A stretch of DNA of 64,000 bases from Parasitella parasitica NRRL 2501 (taxonomy: Eukaryota > Fungi > Mucoromycota): the NCBI GenBank assembly GCA_025201805.1, contig MU619249.1, positions 166,584-230,583 of the forward strand. Reading direction: 5' to 3'. Position 1 is the stretch's first letter, and each line of letters opens with the position of its first letter. Position numbers and translations under genes: made by a program. The notes beneath the pieces were generated by a model. That model did no database searches and was not told the DNA's origin. It saw only the letters and a list, made by a program, of their open reading frames with translations. This document shows, piece after piece, positions 24,780 through 37,900 of this stretch.

Positions 24780-25894
24780 ATGACGGTCATTAGCATTGAA
24801 AACATTATTCAAGCCAGTGAGCGTATCCAAGTCCATAGGACTCCTATTCAAACATGCACAGCCATGAATGAACGTGCCTCCGCGCAAGGTGCACCTGTTG
24901 AACTCTTTTTTAAATGTGAATTACTTCAAAAAACAGGATGTACGTAATAATGCTGCATGAGCGTATAAAATATGCTAAACTTTTTTTTTTATAGCATTCA
25001 AATTTAGAGGCGCCAGTAACGCTGTTGCTCTTTTAAGTGATTTAGAAGCTGCAAATGGTGTCGTGACGCATTCTAGTGGTAATCATGCGCAAGCGTTAGC
25101 TCTGGCAGCTAAAAACCGAGGCATTCCAGCTTACATTGTCATGCCAACAACTACACCTGATATAAAGAAAGCAGCTGTGCTCGGTTTTGGGGCAACCGTT
25201 ATCGAATGCCAGCCTATTCAATCTGTGCGCGAGGAAACGGTAATTTGCTTCTATCAGACTCCAAAACTTGAACAACTCAATTCTTTTGTCTGTATAAACT
25301 CAACAGGCAGAGAAAGTCAAATCAGAAACAGGAGCTACATTAATCCATCCTTTCAATAACCGAAATGTCATTGCTGGCCAAGGAACAATCGCACTTGAAT
25401 TACTATCCCAGGTCGAAAACCTCGATGCAATTGTCATACCTGTTGGTGGCGGCGGTATGTTGACCGGTTGTGCAATTGCAGCAAAGGCGTTGAAACCAGG
25501 AATCAAAGTTTTTGCTGCTGAACCTGCTGCTGTGGATGATACATACAGAAGCTTTAAAAACAAGAAACGTGCCACAAACGACATTGCAAAATCTGTGGCG
25601 GATGGCTTATTAACTAATATTGGGGATATCGCTTATTCCCAGATCCAGGGAAACGTAAACGATGTCTTTACAGTGTCTGAAAAAGAAATAATCAATGCGA
25701 TGGGATTGGTATGGAGTCGCATGAAGCTTTGTATTGAGCCTAGTGCTGCAGTTGGTGTTGCTGTCACTCTGTATAACCAGGATTTCAAACACGTTGTCAA
25801 AAAGGAGAGTATAAAAAGAATAGGCGTTGTTCTTTGCGGCGGAAACGTAGATTTGGCCAAAGCTACAGAGCTTTTCCAAAAATACAAAGATTGA
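24780..25894 (+). CDS. Serine racemase / threo-3-hydroxyaspartate ammonia-lyase (PLP fold II), 3 exons
   Basis: HRTP, FKCELLQKTG/AFKFRGA, THSSGNHAQA, AGQGT, PVGGGG, EPSAAV and CGGNVD motifs. Confidence 0.92.
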
Positions 25895-26092
25895 TGACTT
25901 TCAGAAATTGATTGGCATTTAAGTAATTGTAAAAGAATCTTTGTTTAACAAGTTCAGTAGCTGTTTAGTATTAATGATATGTGGCATTAAGAAGGGGGTT
26001 TATTAATAAATTTATAACTTATATAGTATGTAAAAGAAAACAGAAAAAAGAAAATGGGGAAAGGGTATAAGCTGTTTAAGCTATATCATTAT

Positions 26093-27547
26093 TCAAACAC
26101 TAGTCGTTTTCTGAGACGACGATGGCAAATCTGAAGTTGACATGGAACGATTCTTGGAAGAATGACCTTGTACCCGTTCATGTCTTCTCAGGGCATCCAT
26201 GCGAGTAAACTTTTTACCACATTTGTCACAGTAGCAAAAGGGTCTGTTTTCCAAATGAATTGTTTGATGGCGGGAAAGATCATAGGAACGTCTGAAAGTT
26301 TGTCCACACACTTTCCCAGGGCCAGTGACATGTTCACACAGGTGAAGTGTGTTTTGCTGGATATTATGCATGTGGTGTGTACTTGCAACACTGGCTCGAG
26401 TTCTTTTGTTATTGCTGCTGCTGCTGTTGCTGCTGCTGCTGCCACTGCCACTGCCACTACCACTGCCACTGCTGCCACCGCTGTTAATGTTGGCATAAAA
26501 TTGACGTTGATTATGAATGGGCGCAAGTTGAGGATGCAGTGGTGGATGAATTGGAGATGTGATGGACGAAATTGCAGGTAGAGTAGGCGCTGCATGAATT
26601 CTTGGAAATGGAGATGTAGGAGGAGACGAAGGCAGAGGAGCAGTAGAGGGTCTCCTTATTTCAAGCGGATGTAAATTAGTGTTGCTATGATGATCCAAAT
26701 TGATGCTATTTCGTAAGGAAGGTAAAGGGGAGGTAGATGGATCAGGCAACTTCCGAGGATGGTCAGCTGACATGACTCTTTGCTTCTTTCTGTGTGGCTG
26801 CTCATCGTTATGCTCTTCGAGTGAGATAGCTGAATCTTTTCTCGAATCAAAGGCACTGGTCTCGTCATGATTGCTGCTAAATCTTCTAACATGGCTTAGC
26901 TTGAAGCAGTTGTTGGGGCTATTGCCTGACGATAAAATGGCAGGTGTCCATCTGAGAACAGTCGGTTTGATAACCGGTACTGCATCATTTGGCGAAATAA
27001 ACGCATTTGTTTCGGTGGTATTTATTGGTTCAAAGGATGAATGTCGACGTGAATGCAGGTCATCTGTCAAAACACATTTAGCAACTGAAAGATCCTTGTC
27101 TATTTAGAATTTACCTGAATCTTGTACTACTGTCATTAATGTATTCTTGGGTTGCTCATCTTTATGATAGAATATGATATCAAGTCGATGTTGTTTGTCT
27201 GATTTCAAAGTATTTCTTAGGCTAGTATTATCATTGATCAAAATCGAATTAGATGTTGCGATTCGATAATCAGATAAGTCTTGTTTCTGAATACATACTA
27301 TGTCAGCGCTTGTATGTCATACAAGTAATATCTCGCTTACCTCTGTAATGCGTTGTATCTTTCTTATCAAGTCATCAAATGTTGGCTCTTTGTCCTTGAG
27401 GGCGCAAAGATGAAGGGGGTGATATTGTCGAGATTCTTGTATGAAAATTCTATGTGAAGAGTGTATGTGTGTGAGCAATTTTACATCATTGCGTGCATTG
27501 TGGATGCTCAATGAGGCGTACCTTAATCTGTAGATGGTGTTGAACAT
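26093..27547 (-). CDS. C2H2 zinc-finger transcription factor (two fingers) with a possible N-terminal PB1-like domain, 4 exons
   Basis: CEHVTGPGKVCGQTFRRSYDLSRHQTIH and CDKCGKKFTRMDALRRHERVQGH; upstream exons join in frame through GT-AG introns to ATG 27547. Confidence 0.82.
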
Positions 27548-28370
27548 TGTATGGTTCCGTTATTAAAAAAAATCGTTATTATTAGTGTTTAAATGAGTGG
27601 AGATGGCAATTATAAAGAATGGAAAGGGTTTTATTGAAAAAGAAAGAAAAGAGAATTAGATGAAAAGGGAAAACAAAAAAAAAAAAAGGAAAAAGGGCTA
27701 GATGGTTAGATATATGTTGCAAAGAAAGGGGTGGCGAATAATTTGTCTGGAAGGAGCTCCATACTCTACACCTACTGTGATTTAGTCTTATTCTAAAATG
27801 AACTATAAATTTTGCCTTTATGAAGAAGCCTTTCCTTATAATTACATTGTACAACTAGTCTCTGCTCCTATTCTACAGAAGCCTCAGTCGACATAATGGA
27901 CTCTTTTTTGTTTTTCATTCAAAAGCATGTGGCAATGTCTTTTTATATATAATACATGCAGAACGTGAGTTCTATGAGTTTTTAATGTAATTTCCGTGTA
28001 GAGGTTAGAAATACCTCCCTATGATGGATATGGCAACATATTCACTTGCTGCCTTTGACATTTTGCCACAAGCAAAGCTCAAAGAAAGGCGATGGTAGTG
28101 CTAGCGATCATATACTCCTTGATGAAACATAGCTCCAAAAAAGATATAAATTCATTTGATTCACCAACCAAACTCCTATCATAGGAAATAGAATGAATTA
28201 TATATAAAATACACGTTTTATATTCGTCTCCTTATATCTATTTATTTATTTATTTTTTATTCGTATGTTGTCAAAAAAAAAAGAAAAAAAGAAATGAACC
28301 CTGGATAGTGTGTAACATGGTGGGCAAAATCACATTAAAATGCTACAATAGTTATATGTTGGCATGCATG

Positions 28371-28380
28371 NNNNNNNNNN

Positions 28381-28461
<81 letters not shown>
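28371..28461. other. Assembly gap (10 N) followed by a poly(A) run of about 80 nt
   Basis: nnnnnnnnnn then an uninterrupted A tract. Confidence 0.9.
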
Positions 28462-28463
<2 letters not shown>

Positions 28464-29241
28464 GAGCTAATAAAAGCTACTACTAATGTACGTTCTTCGT
28501 TTGTATTTCAAGGAGCTTGCATCGTCTCTACTACTCTCTCCCTTTTCATCTTCTTATTATAGACCTTTATACAAAAAAAGAAAGTTTCTCCTGATAGATT
28601 TCAAGATGGATTGCCTAGTAAATAGGCTAGATTTTCCATGCACTTATTGATCTTGTATTTGACAACGAATATCTATATACAAATTAAAAAAAAAAGTCAT
28701 CCAGGCATAGGAGATGATATAAAAGATGATAAACTTCAAGGGCCTTCATGTACAAACAAGTTTTATATCTAGACATTTATATTTACGCAAAAAATGTAAG
28801 GGATTTCCATAGATGATCTACAATTCATCGCACAGATGCTCATTGTGCAACACTCCAGAAAAACTGTCAAAAACAACCAAATAAAATATTTACACATCCA
28901 ATCCACGAGATGGTACGGCATGTTTTTTTTCCAATAAAGATAACAGCATGCTCAGATGCTTGTGCGATCCTCAAAATACCCAGATCCAGATGTCCAAGAG
29001 ACTTGAAATCTCCCCGCCCCACTTCTATAACGTTTTTTAATACTACTCCTTTCGCTCTTGCAAAAAAAGGGTCTACTAACATGCTCCTACTACTACTCTT
29101 AGTAGTACTAGTACTGCTACTATTACTAGGCTTATTAAAGTGTACAAAAAGATCTAAAAAGACAAGACCCTTTTTTCTGTTTTTAAACAAATCTCTCCCT
29201 CTTTCTCCCCTCCCCCCTTTTTTTTCAAGATTTGATCTTTT

Positions 29242-31127
29242 TTATTGTTCATAGGTAGTAATCACATCGTCAATCTTTAAAATCATCTTGACTAGTTGAG
29301 TGGCCAGCAAATACTGTTGGCGCTTGGAAATCAATGGGTCATATACGTGCTGTTCCTTCATGTCTATAGCGAGCCGAAATTAGTTGAAAATTATAAAAAC
29401 ACTCCTTAATAAAAAATAAAAAAAAATAAAAACTTACCGTTGGAGCCCTTATTGAGACAGTCAATACCGAGTTTAGAGTTACCCGTGGTTGCTTGTTCTG
29501 CCTTTACTTGGGCTAACGTTTCAATAGGAGAAAGACCAGAGTTTTCAGAGAGTGCAAGAGGTGTAGCATCTAAAGCTTCAGCAAAGGCACGCATAGCATA
29601 TTGCTCAATTGTGGAAATTTCATCTGCAACCTTGGCAACGGCAAGAGAGCAGCTGATTTCGGCAGCTCCACCACCGTAAACAACACGGTTGTCACGAACC
29701 AAATTGCGGACAGCACACATGGCGTCATGAAGAGATCGCTTGGCCTCATCAATGATCATTTTGTTACCACCACGGACAAACACAGTAACAGCGCGACTAT
29801 TGGCACACTCTTCGATAACCAACATGCGGTCCTTGGTAGTGCCAAAGCTCAGTTCACGAACAACACCGGCACTGCCCAACTTGTCGGCAGATAAATCTTC
29901 GAAGCGGGGGACAATGCGGCCATTAGTAGCGATAGCGATCAGTTCAATTTCAGGGCCACCAACCCATCTCACAGCAGGCAGCTTGTTTTGTAACAATAAA
30001 TGGTTTGCTTCGTCATCAAAGCCCCACTGGCAAATGACTAGATTGGCGCCAGAGTTCTTAACTTGGTCAATCATCAAGGTAAACTTTTCTTTTTCGTAGG
30101 CCTTCAACTTTTCGTACTCTTCAACAGATGTGATGTCTAGCTTGTGTTTGGTCTTGGGCCTGGGAGGCTCAAATGCGCATGTCAGAATGGCAATCTTGGC
30201 ATCATTAACTTCACGGGGCATTTGGGGATGCGACATGTCTTTGTCAATGACAACGCCCTTTACCAAAATGGTATCTTCTAAGGAGCCACCTACTTTACCG
30301 TCTACCTTGATCAACTCGAAATCAACGTCTTTGCGTTCCAAGTCAGCGACCGATAAAACTGCACTGACAGCAATATCGGCGTATTTTTCGTGGAATTTGG
30401 AGACACTAAACACGCAAATGTTTTAGGCCACGTCCGATACACGCACACAAAGAAGGCTTACATTTTACTGCCAAGACTGGTCATGGCCGTCTTTTTCAAA
30501 TTGGAGACGTTTTCTTTGCTGAATTCAATGGTATCTGAAATTTCGTCTAAATGCTTCACAGCAACGGCACAGGCGCGTTCGAAACCGTCAGCAATACGGA
30601 TAGGGTGGATGCCGCGATCTAAAAGCTGTTCACACTGCTCTAATAAGGCACCAGCAAGAACAACCACGCCTGTAGTGCCATCGCCAATTTCTTGATCTTG
30701 GCTTTGAGACAACTGTACAAGCAGCTTGGCGATTTGGTGCTCGACAGACATTTGGTCCAGGATAGTAGCACCGTCATTAGTGACAGTAATGTCGCCATCA
30801 GGAGAGATCAGGATCTTATCGAGGCCTGTTGTAGATGTTCAACGATTTTAAGGTACCATAAATGGCAGCATGTATAATACTTACCGCGAGGACCGAGAGA
30901 AGTTTTGATGATGTTTGAGACGGTTTTAGCAGCAAGGATATGAGACTATATTATAGTGTTATCAGCACAAGATGTCACGTCCCTTGAACCGAGCCAGGAC
31001 AACTTACACGAATAGCAGCGAGGCCACTCAATCTCGACTTTTGTTGGCCTTCTCGGACGATAATAAAGGGTCTGCCATATTCATCAGTAGCGTAAACAGC
31101 AGAGTTAGGATCGATATTGGCTGCCAT
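29242..31127 (-). CDS. CCT5: T-complex protein 1 subunit epsilon, multi-exon
   Basis: [54 protein letters not shown] and MILKIDDVI. Confidence 0.97.
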
Positions 31128-31461
31128 GTTGTGGTTTTAAGAAAGAACAAATATGACAAGGAGAACAACAGAGAAGGTGAAAGAATTTTTGGAATAAAAC
31201 GCGCAACTCTGGTGATGGGCTAGTCCCGAGTCACTAACATAATGGCAAAAAAGTTTTCTACTGTGCAGAAGAGGCGCTGCCCAATAGCCAACACCAACTC
31301 TGTATGCTTAGAGACAATCCCAGCATGCTTCAGACCTTTGTCAATAAAGCTTTCTGCTCAATAAATAGTATTCCCTTGCTGGTTCATTAGAGCGAATGTA
31401 CCACCTTTTTTTTTTATTATTAAAATTATGTATATTATTATTCTGGGTGGTTGCAGACACC

Positions 31462-31773
31462 TTATTTATGACGAGCGTGGAATTTGTATGACTTGGCGCC
31501 CCTGAAATTTAATGTCTGACTAGTGTCTTGACGGACAGTATCTGAGTGTTGTCCCTTACAGTCGAATCTCTTATAGACCCAAAGATCGTGGTCAACGATT
31601 CTGTTTTCCAAGATATTAGCGCCTAGCTTATTGTTTTCGAGGTTGAAACAGTGTCCATCAAAAACATTAAATTTCTCTTCCCAATTGAGGTAAAAATTGC
31701 CTCTAACTTTTTTGGCAGAAACAGTAGATAGGACAGCAGCGACGAGAAGTGAGATTGTAGACTTGGATACCAT
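31462..31773 (-). CDS. Small secreted 2-Cys protein, divergent paralog D (103 aa)
   Basis: Signal peptide MVSKSTISLLVAAVLSTVSA; C-x29-C followed by xG; C-terminal KSYKF; TATATAAAAGCA and an AAATC-like leader upstream. Confidence 0.75.
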   Translation of the reverse strand: MVSKSTISLLVAAVLSTVSAKKVRGNFYLNWEEKFNVFDGHCFNLENNKLGANILENRIVDHDLWVYKRFDCKGQHSDTVRQDTSQTLNFRGAKSYKFHARHK

Positions 31774-33481
31774 TTTCTTAATATATTTTGTGATTTAGTT
31801 TTGATTGATTTAATTTAATGTAATTTGCTTTGATTTGATTTAATCTAGTTGCTTTTATATATAGAAAACAGGAGAGTTAGAATAGCACATTTGATCACGT
31901 GTAAGATGTGAATGAGCACAATCATGCTGCCTTGATAAAAATGAATGAAGGCACAATTACGCTGCGTTTGCTACTTTCACTATGTTACCACTCACTATCA
32001 ATATCAAGGTGTGCACATGCAAGCTGTCTAGCAGCTACCTCATTGTGCAAATCCCCGTTAAATCAAGTGATTTGTGATGATTCTTGTGGTTGTATCATAT
32101 CGGTTGGTGAATTTTTACTCTTCAACATACGATATGTAAGGACTAGATAATCATCAACTTATGCTGATGGTTCTATTGTACACTCTCCATTTTCAGAAGA
32201 CAACATCGATAATACGGCTGGACCTTCAATTTTTGGTTCAAGTGGATCATTGTTTCCCAACTTTAAACATCAACCGGCGATGCTTGGTATATATACCAAG
32301 GAGCAAACAAAGACAACGCTTTTATTATACGTGATACTCTTAATGGTCTCTACCTTCAGACGCACTGCAGCAGTGCATAAAAAAGAACAAATGGATCCAA
32401 CCAGTCGGTACCTGTTACATTTTTTATTCTAACCTTCTTGATCTGATTTGCAATGCCTGGCTCTATATGTTTGATGCTTGTCTTTTCTATTTGAAAAACA
32501 TGTTGCGATCTATATACAGCTGGTTTTTTTTTAGTGTTTATCAACGTACTAGAATTATTAATGTTGATCTTAGAGATGATTAAACAATAACATCCTTCAA
32601 TAAATGACCGCTCTTTCATAATGAATCATTTTATTCGTAACTTTACTTCTAGCTCCATGAAGTGTACCATTTTTGCTGAATTTTCAATCTCTGGATACAG
32701 ATATGAGGCACTAAATTAAGAGCCGTATAGAATGAATATACAACACCTACGGCTTATAGACAAAAAAAAAAAAGGATATATCTGGATCCAACAAACCAGA
32801 GTAAGGTTGTTGTGTTGATTTGCAAGCTACTTGTAGATAAGCTGTTCGTTCCTAAATACCTGGGATATTTCCTTGAAGATACGTTACACTTTGGGCCAAG
32901 ATTAAAACGATAACTTTGAGGAGAAGTATCATACGCAACTAAATCATACACAAAACTCTTTCAAAATTAAAAGATGATATCGTTCAAGCATCGGATACTG
33001 TGATGTTAGAGGCTTGGAATGATGGCTCAAGTGGCTCGAGATACCAACGTGGTCGTTACAAACTCATGCTTGAATACAAATTCAACATCTTTGCAAACAA
33101 AAGAAACCCTTTAGATCTTGCTGTAAATACATTGTCTGCTATGGCAACTAGTGATATTCACAACAAAAGATTTACAACTGTTTATTACTTGCAATAAGTT
33201 TATGTGGTATAATGAGTCATATTTTCATAATATTTCTTTTTTGGATAGGTCCAATGCAATATTGGCTTGGAATTATTGCCTCAAAGCTTCAATGTATTGA
33301 CTAATTCATATGTGAAAAGAGAGGAAGCAAAACTCAATATATATGGCAATATTGAGGATTCATCTATTGGCAAAATCGTCTCGAGTCTGAAGTTTAATTG
33401 CTGTAACAAGGTCCCCCTCCCCTCGACTCTATTGCTCTGTTGGTTTTTTTGTATTCTCCACATCATTTCATTTGTGCAAGC

Positions 33482-34123
33482 ATGTTTTCAGCCTTTAGAA
33501 AGAATGCTTTAAGCACCTACAATACCACCTCAAGCATAATCAGCAACGTTTTCCAGCGTCAACCTGCGGCACTCACACAAACAGTTCGTTTTGCTTCTAA
33601 TTTTTCACCAAAGCGTACCAAATATCGCAAAGCACACAAAGGAAAAATCCCAATTCCCATCGGTGGATCTACCAAGGGAACTACAGTTGAATTTGGCGAT
33701 TATGGTTTGCGAGTGAAAGAAGGAGCTCGTCTCACAGGTCGTCAATTGACAGCAGTTCACAACGCTCTCAAGCGCAAGATCAAACCTGTCAAGGGCTCAC
33801 AATTATGGATGCGTGTATTCCCTGACATTCCTGTCTCAAGCAAAGGTAATGAGGTCCGTATGGGTAAGGGTAAGGGTACTTTTGAATACTGGGCCTGTCG
33901 TGTTCCTTTGAATCGTATCATCTTTGAGATTAGTGGCATGAGAAAGGAAATTGCCAAGGAGGCATTTCGCTTGGCTTCGCACAAGCTGCCAGTCAAGGTT
34001 GAGATGGTTGAACGTGGTGCCAAACCTATTGTTGGAGCTGGCTACGCCCCTGCCAGAGCAGTGGTTGCCAAGGAAACAGCACCCTCAGCAACAGCATCTT
34101 CATCAGCAGCAGCTTCTTTCTAA
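33482..34123 (+). CDS. MRPL16: Mitochondrial ribosomal protein uL16m
   Basis: Presequence-like N-terminus, PKRTKYRKAHKG, WMRVFPDIPVS.KGNEVRMGKGKG and KLP. Confidence 0.95.
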   Translation: MFSAFRKNALSTYNTTSSIISNVFQRQPAALTQTVRFASNFSPKRTKYRKAHKGKIPIPIGGSTKGTTVEFGDYGLRVKEGARLTGRQLTAVHNALKRKIKPVKGSQLWMRVFPDIPVSSKGNEVRMGKGKGTFEYWACRVPLNRIIFEISGMRKEIAKEAFRLASHKLPVKVEMVERGAKPIVGAGYAPARAVVAKETAPSATASSSAAASF

Positions 34124-34499
34124 AAACACCGTTTTTTGCCATGTTTTTTTTTTCTGTATTATAAAATAAATATAACATTGTATTTAAACACACACTCTGG
34201 ATGATTTTGAAAAACAATTTTTATTTATAAAGAGATAGGAAGAGATTTGGATGTGGAGAAATCACTTTCCAGCTGTCAAATGTTGTTGGTATTTACACAA
34301 TAGCAACTGAAAAACAAAGAATTAAGAAAGAGAACAGAAAAATATATGTATCAAATAAAAATAAAATAAAAAGAAGGTCTAATGCTATTACAAATTGTTC
34401 TCTCATTAATGCAATGAATAGATTTTCGTCACAAAACAAGATTAATTGAATTTTTCTGTTTTAAAAAAAAAAAAAAAAAAGCACCAGGTCATTCTGTTG

Positions 34500-35917
34500 T
34501 TATTGTTGAGCTTGAGCTTGAGCTTGCTGAGGTTGTTGCTGTTGTTGCTGAGGTTGTGGTGGAACAGGAGAAGCAGCAGGAGATGATCCAGGCGTGCCAT
34601 AAACACTGTTAGAAGCACTAGTGCTGCTAGTAACATGAGACAGATGACTGTTAACATAAGTATGGGTTGAATCGGCAGCAAAACTTGGTCCAGCAATACT
34701 GTTGTTTTCGTGGGACGCTTCACGGGAGTGAGGACGGCTGGGAGGAGGTGTGTTTTGGTGGGATTCGTCTGTCTTGGTTTCATCGATAGTCTCTAGCTTA
34801 GGACCATCGTTATTAGCCAAAACAGAGCTACAGAGCTGAGACAAGATGGTCAGCTTTGATCCCTCATCGTCGTCATCCTCTTCAACTTTGGCAACAAGAT
34901 TTCCATCGTTCATTACGGGGGTAGAGTTCGAAGGAGTAGCGTCAGTGCTGTTGCTGCTGTTAACATTGCTGTTGAGAACAGGCGACTGTTGTTGTTGAGG
35001 CGAGATGATGTTCATAGCAGCTTGGTAAGACAAAACAGGAGGATTGGTAGGGTACATTTGTGAGAGGTTGTTGGGCACCATGTAGGCTTGAGGCATCATG
35101 GCGTTGCTGCTATTATAGCCGTAGGGATCGTAAGCTTGAGTAGTTTGAAAAGGCTGATAATGGAGAGGCATTGTGTTTGACGTTGTGGGAGTAGTGGTAG
35201 TGGACGTGGTTGTGGGAGTAGAGCCATCATTGATTTGAGCAGGGGCACTGTAAAGGCTGTTGTTGACTACAGGAGCTTGCATAGGAGTAGAGGCACCAGA
35301 CGAGGTAACGCTTTCACCACCAACTAATTACACATATTAACTAACATTGCAGTCTTACAATTCCAAAAATTTAAACCAACCATTCTTATTCCTCTTTTTG
35401 TAGGGACCACGCTTAATGCCCTTCTTACGCTCCTTGCGGACAGAATTGACACAGGTCTCTGTCAATCCATATTTGATGCATCTTTGACAAGGTCTACCCA
35501 CATCACATTTTTTGCAAGCCTTTTGACAATTGACTATGGTACACATATATATATATATATCAGCCAATTATCAGCCATTGATATGATGATAAACTTACCA
35601 CATGCATTCTTGACTTGCTTTCTCTTTGGTTTGCCATGGGCGCCAATGTCTGATCCTAGAGGCTGCTGTTGATTATCCATATTGACTTGCGTGGCAGCTA
35701 ATACCGATAGTGAGGGCATAGAGGCAGGGCTGTATATGGCGAGATTTGCGCCACTCAATGACATGGGTGATTGCAGCTGTTGATGTTGTTGTTGTGTTTG
35801 ATTATTCTGAGTCTGCTGGCCTGGACTTTGGCTTTGGCTTTGGCTTTGGCCTTGATTTTGTTGCTGCTGTTGTTGCTGATTGTCAAAACCAGGAAAGTAA
35901 GGTGTAAATTGCTGCAT
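34500..35917 (-). CDS. Zn(II)2Cys6 transcription factor, Q-rich, 3 coding exons
   Basis: Spliced KRKQVKNAC/VNCQKACKKCDVGRPCQRCIKYGLTETC...RKKGIKRGPYKKR. Confidence 0.88.
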
Positions 35918-36472
35918 TGAGGATAGTTTTGCTGCTCAAGAAATATTGATTGTCAGTGTCAGTGTATGCAGAGGAGTTTTTATTTTCTGAAATATGAAAA
36001 TACATGTCAGTTATACTTACATCTTTAGATTTTGATAGAACTGAAAAGAGAGATCTTTGATGAAAGATTTTTGTTTTGATTTTTTTTTTGTTTCAAATTT
36101 TTTCGCAGCAAGTCAAATTTGGAATTTTCTTTTCGATTGGAAAAATTATATCAGATGTCGAGTTTCCAGAAAGGTTAGAACAGGCGAAGCGTCTTTTTTT
36201 TCTGCTTTGTTGTATTAAAGTGTTTGTATATGATTATAAAAGTAGTAACGGAGTCTCTTTAATTATCGAAAAATCGGAGCACCAAAGGCCTTCTGTTTAA
36301 TAGCAGCGACTATGATGGTTTGTACAAAGAGAAAGAAAGACTACAAGGGAGAAAATTTTTCTTGTATTATGATTCAAAGCCATCTATCCTTGACCGCTTC
36401 TGTGATTGCTTATTCTTTTTTTTTTTTTTTAATATTCATGTTTTATTGGTGATATTTTTGATCCATCACATT

Positions 36473-37499
36473 CTATGAATTTGTAATGAATCGAAAGATG
36501 AATTTATTCAATTCTTTTCGACTTGTAGGATTAGATGGTAAGTAATGCCTATTGAAAGCATTTAATACTTGAGTATGAAAAAAAAATGAAAAAAAATAAA
36601 GGTAGCATTTGTTTACCCTCCAGGATGACGAAAAACATTGGGATTTTCAAAAGTTTCGGCCAGAGAGATCATTGCCTCGGGTAAAACTAACGTATCCAAA
36701 TCTCCAATAAAGTGCATGCTTGGAGTTTTTACTTTTTTGCTCTTATTCAGCATGATGTTAGTTGCTTCCTGCATCGTGGGTTTGAACCCTGCAACGATGA
36801 TCGAGAATTTGAACGGTGGATGTCCAAATGTTGGAGAAATCAGATCAGGAAAGTAACTTCTGTCTTCCAATAATTCTGTCAAAAGTGCAGCAAAGCAAGC
36901 ACCTGTTGTTAAATTTACGAATCAATAAATTAGTTTCTGATATGTGATCGTCTATGCATACCTTGAGAGAATCCCATGATACCATCGAAGGGCCCCTGAC
37001 GTGATTTTGTACATTACTATGCATTCATTTGACTTGTACAGGCTGCTTTTACCTCTTTAATCAAAACGTCTTTTATGAATTCGATTGATTCTTTAAACCC
37101 TACAAAGAATCCACCTTGGGTGGGTCTGTATTTAGGCGAAAACCACCAGCCAAATGGCTTGTGCTCTATGATTGGAAAGAGACAACAAAAAGAGTGTAAG
37201 TAGCAGATGTTTCTTTGGCAACAGTGTAGCAACTACCTTCAGATGATTCTTCTTTAGCTGCTTCTTCTCTTTCTCCGATTGTGGAATATGTGGGCGGACT
37301 GATATGATGTGGCCCAGTAACGTACACTATTTTACATGTCAATGCGTTGTACTGGCAGTCTAGCATTCTGCCATCAAATCATACCAAACTCTGCTAAATC
37401 GTCGACACTCTTACGAGCTGCTGCCGTCTTTTTACGAAACATGATGGCATTATGTGTATAACCATGAAGACAGAGGATTCGCAGCTTGTTGGATGTCAT
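36473..37499 (-). CDS. FSH1/OVCA2-family serine hydrolase, multi-exon
   Basis: LRILCLHGY, GPFDGIMGFSQG, PSMHFIGDLD and HPGGHYLP (Ser-Asp-His triad). Confidence 0.9.
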
Positions 37500-37900
37500 T
37501 ACAAAAAGTGCGCGAAAAAGTGTGAGCCGTATTGACGACGCCCTTATTGATCGATATATGGAACAGCGCTCTTGACGAAGTGAGACAAAAGTTGACGCAA
37601 TTACCATCCCAGCATAGATAATCAATAATGATAATGATAAGATCACCTGAGATTATGTAGTTTCGATAAAGAAGTATAGCAATAATGATATTCAGAAGCA
37701 TGTTGACTATCGTGAAACACTCTAATGGCTAAATTCACTTGGGAATATCCTGAAAACGCAAGTGTAGAAGCTTTACCTGAGACCATGCCGTAGATCTGGT
37801 ATGATGTGTACATGTAAGTGGGATTATAATTTATTAAAATATTTACAAATCTAATCTAATCATGAAGAAGGGCGCGATAAAGCGTGCTGCAAGAAGAGAA

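Noticed and set aside
2620-25894. YggS plus serine racemase as a PLP gene cluster
   Set aside because: More than 20 kb apart with unrelated genes between.
28308-28562. Poly-Lys ORF or retrocopy poly(A) tail
   Set aside because: Translation of an A tract beside an assembly gap; no upstream element is visible.
28460-29240. TpA-rich (CTA/TAG) stretch suggestive of RIP
   Set aside because: Better explained as low-complexity sequence downstream of CCT5; no repeat partner to compare against.
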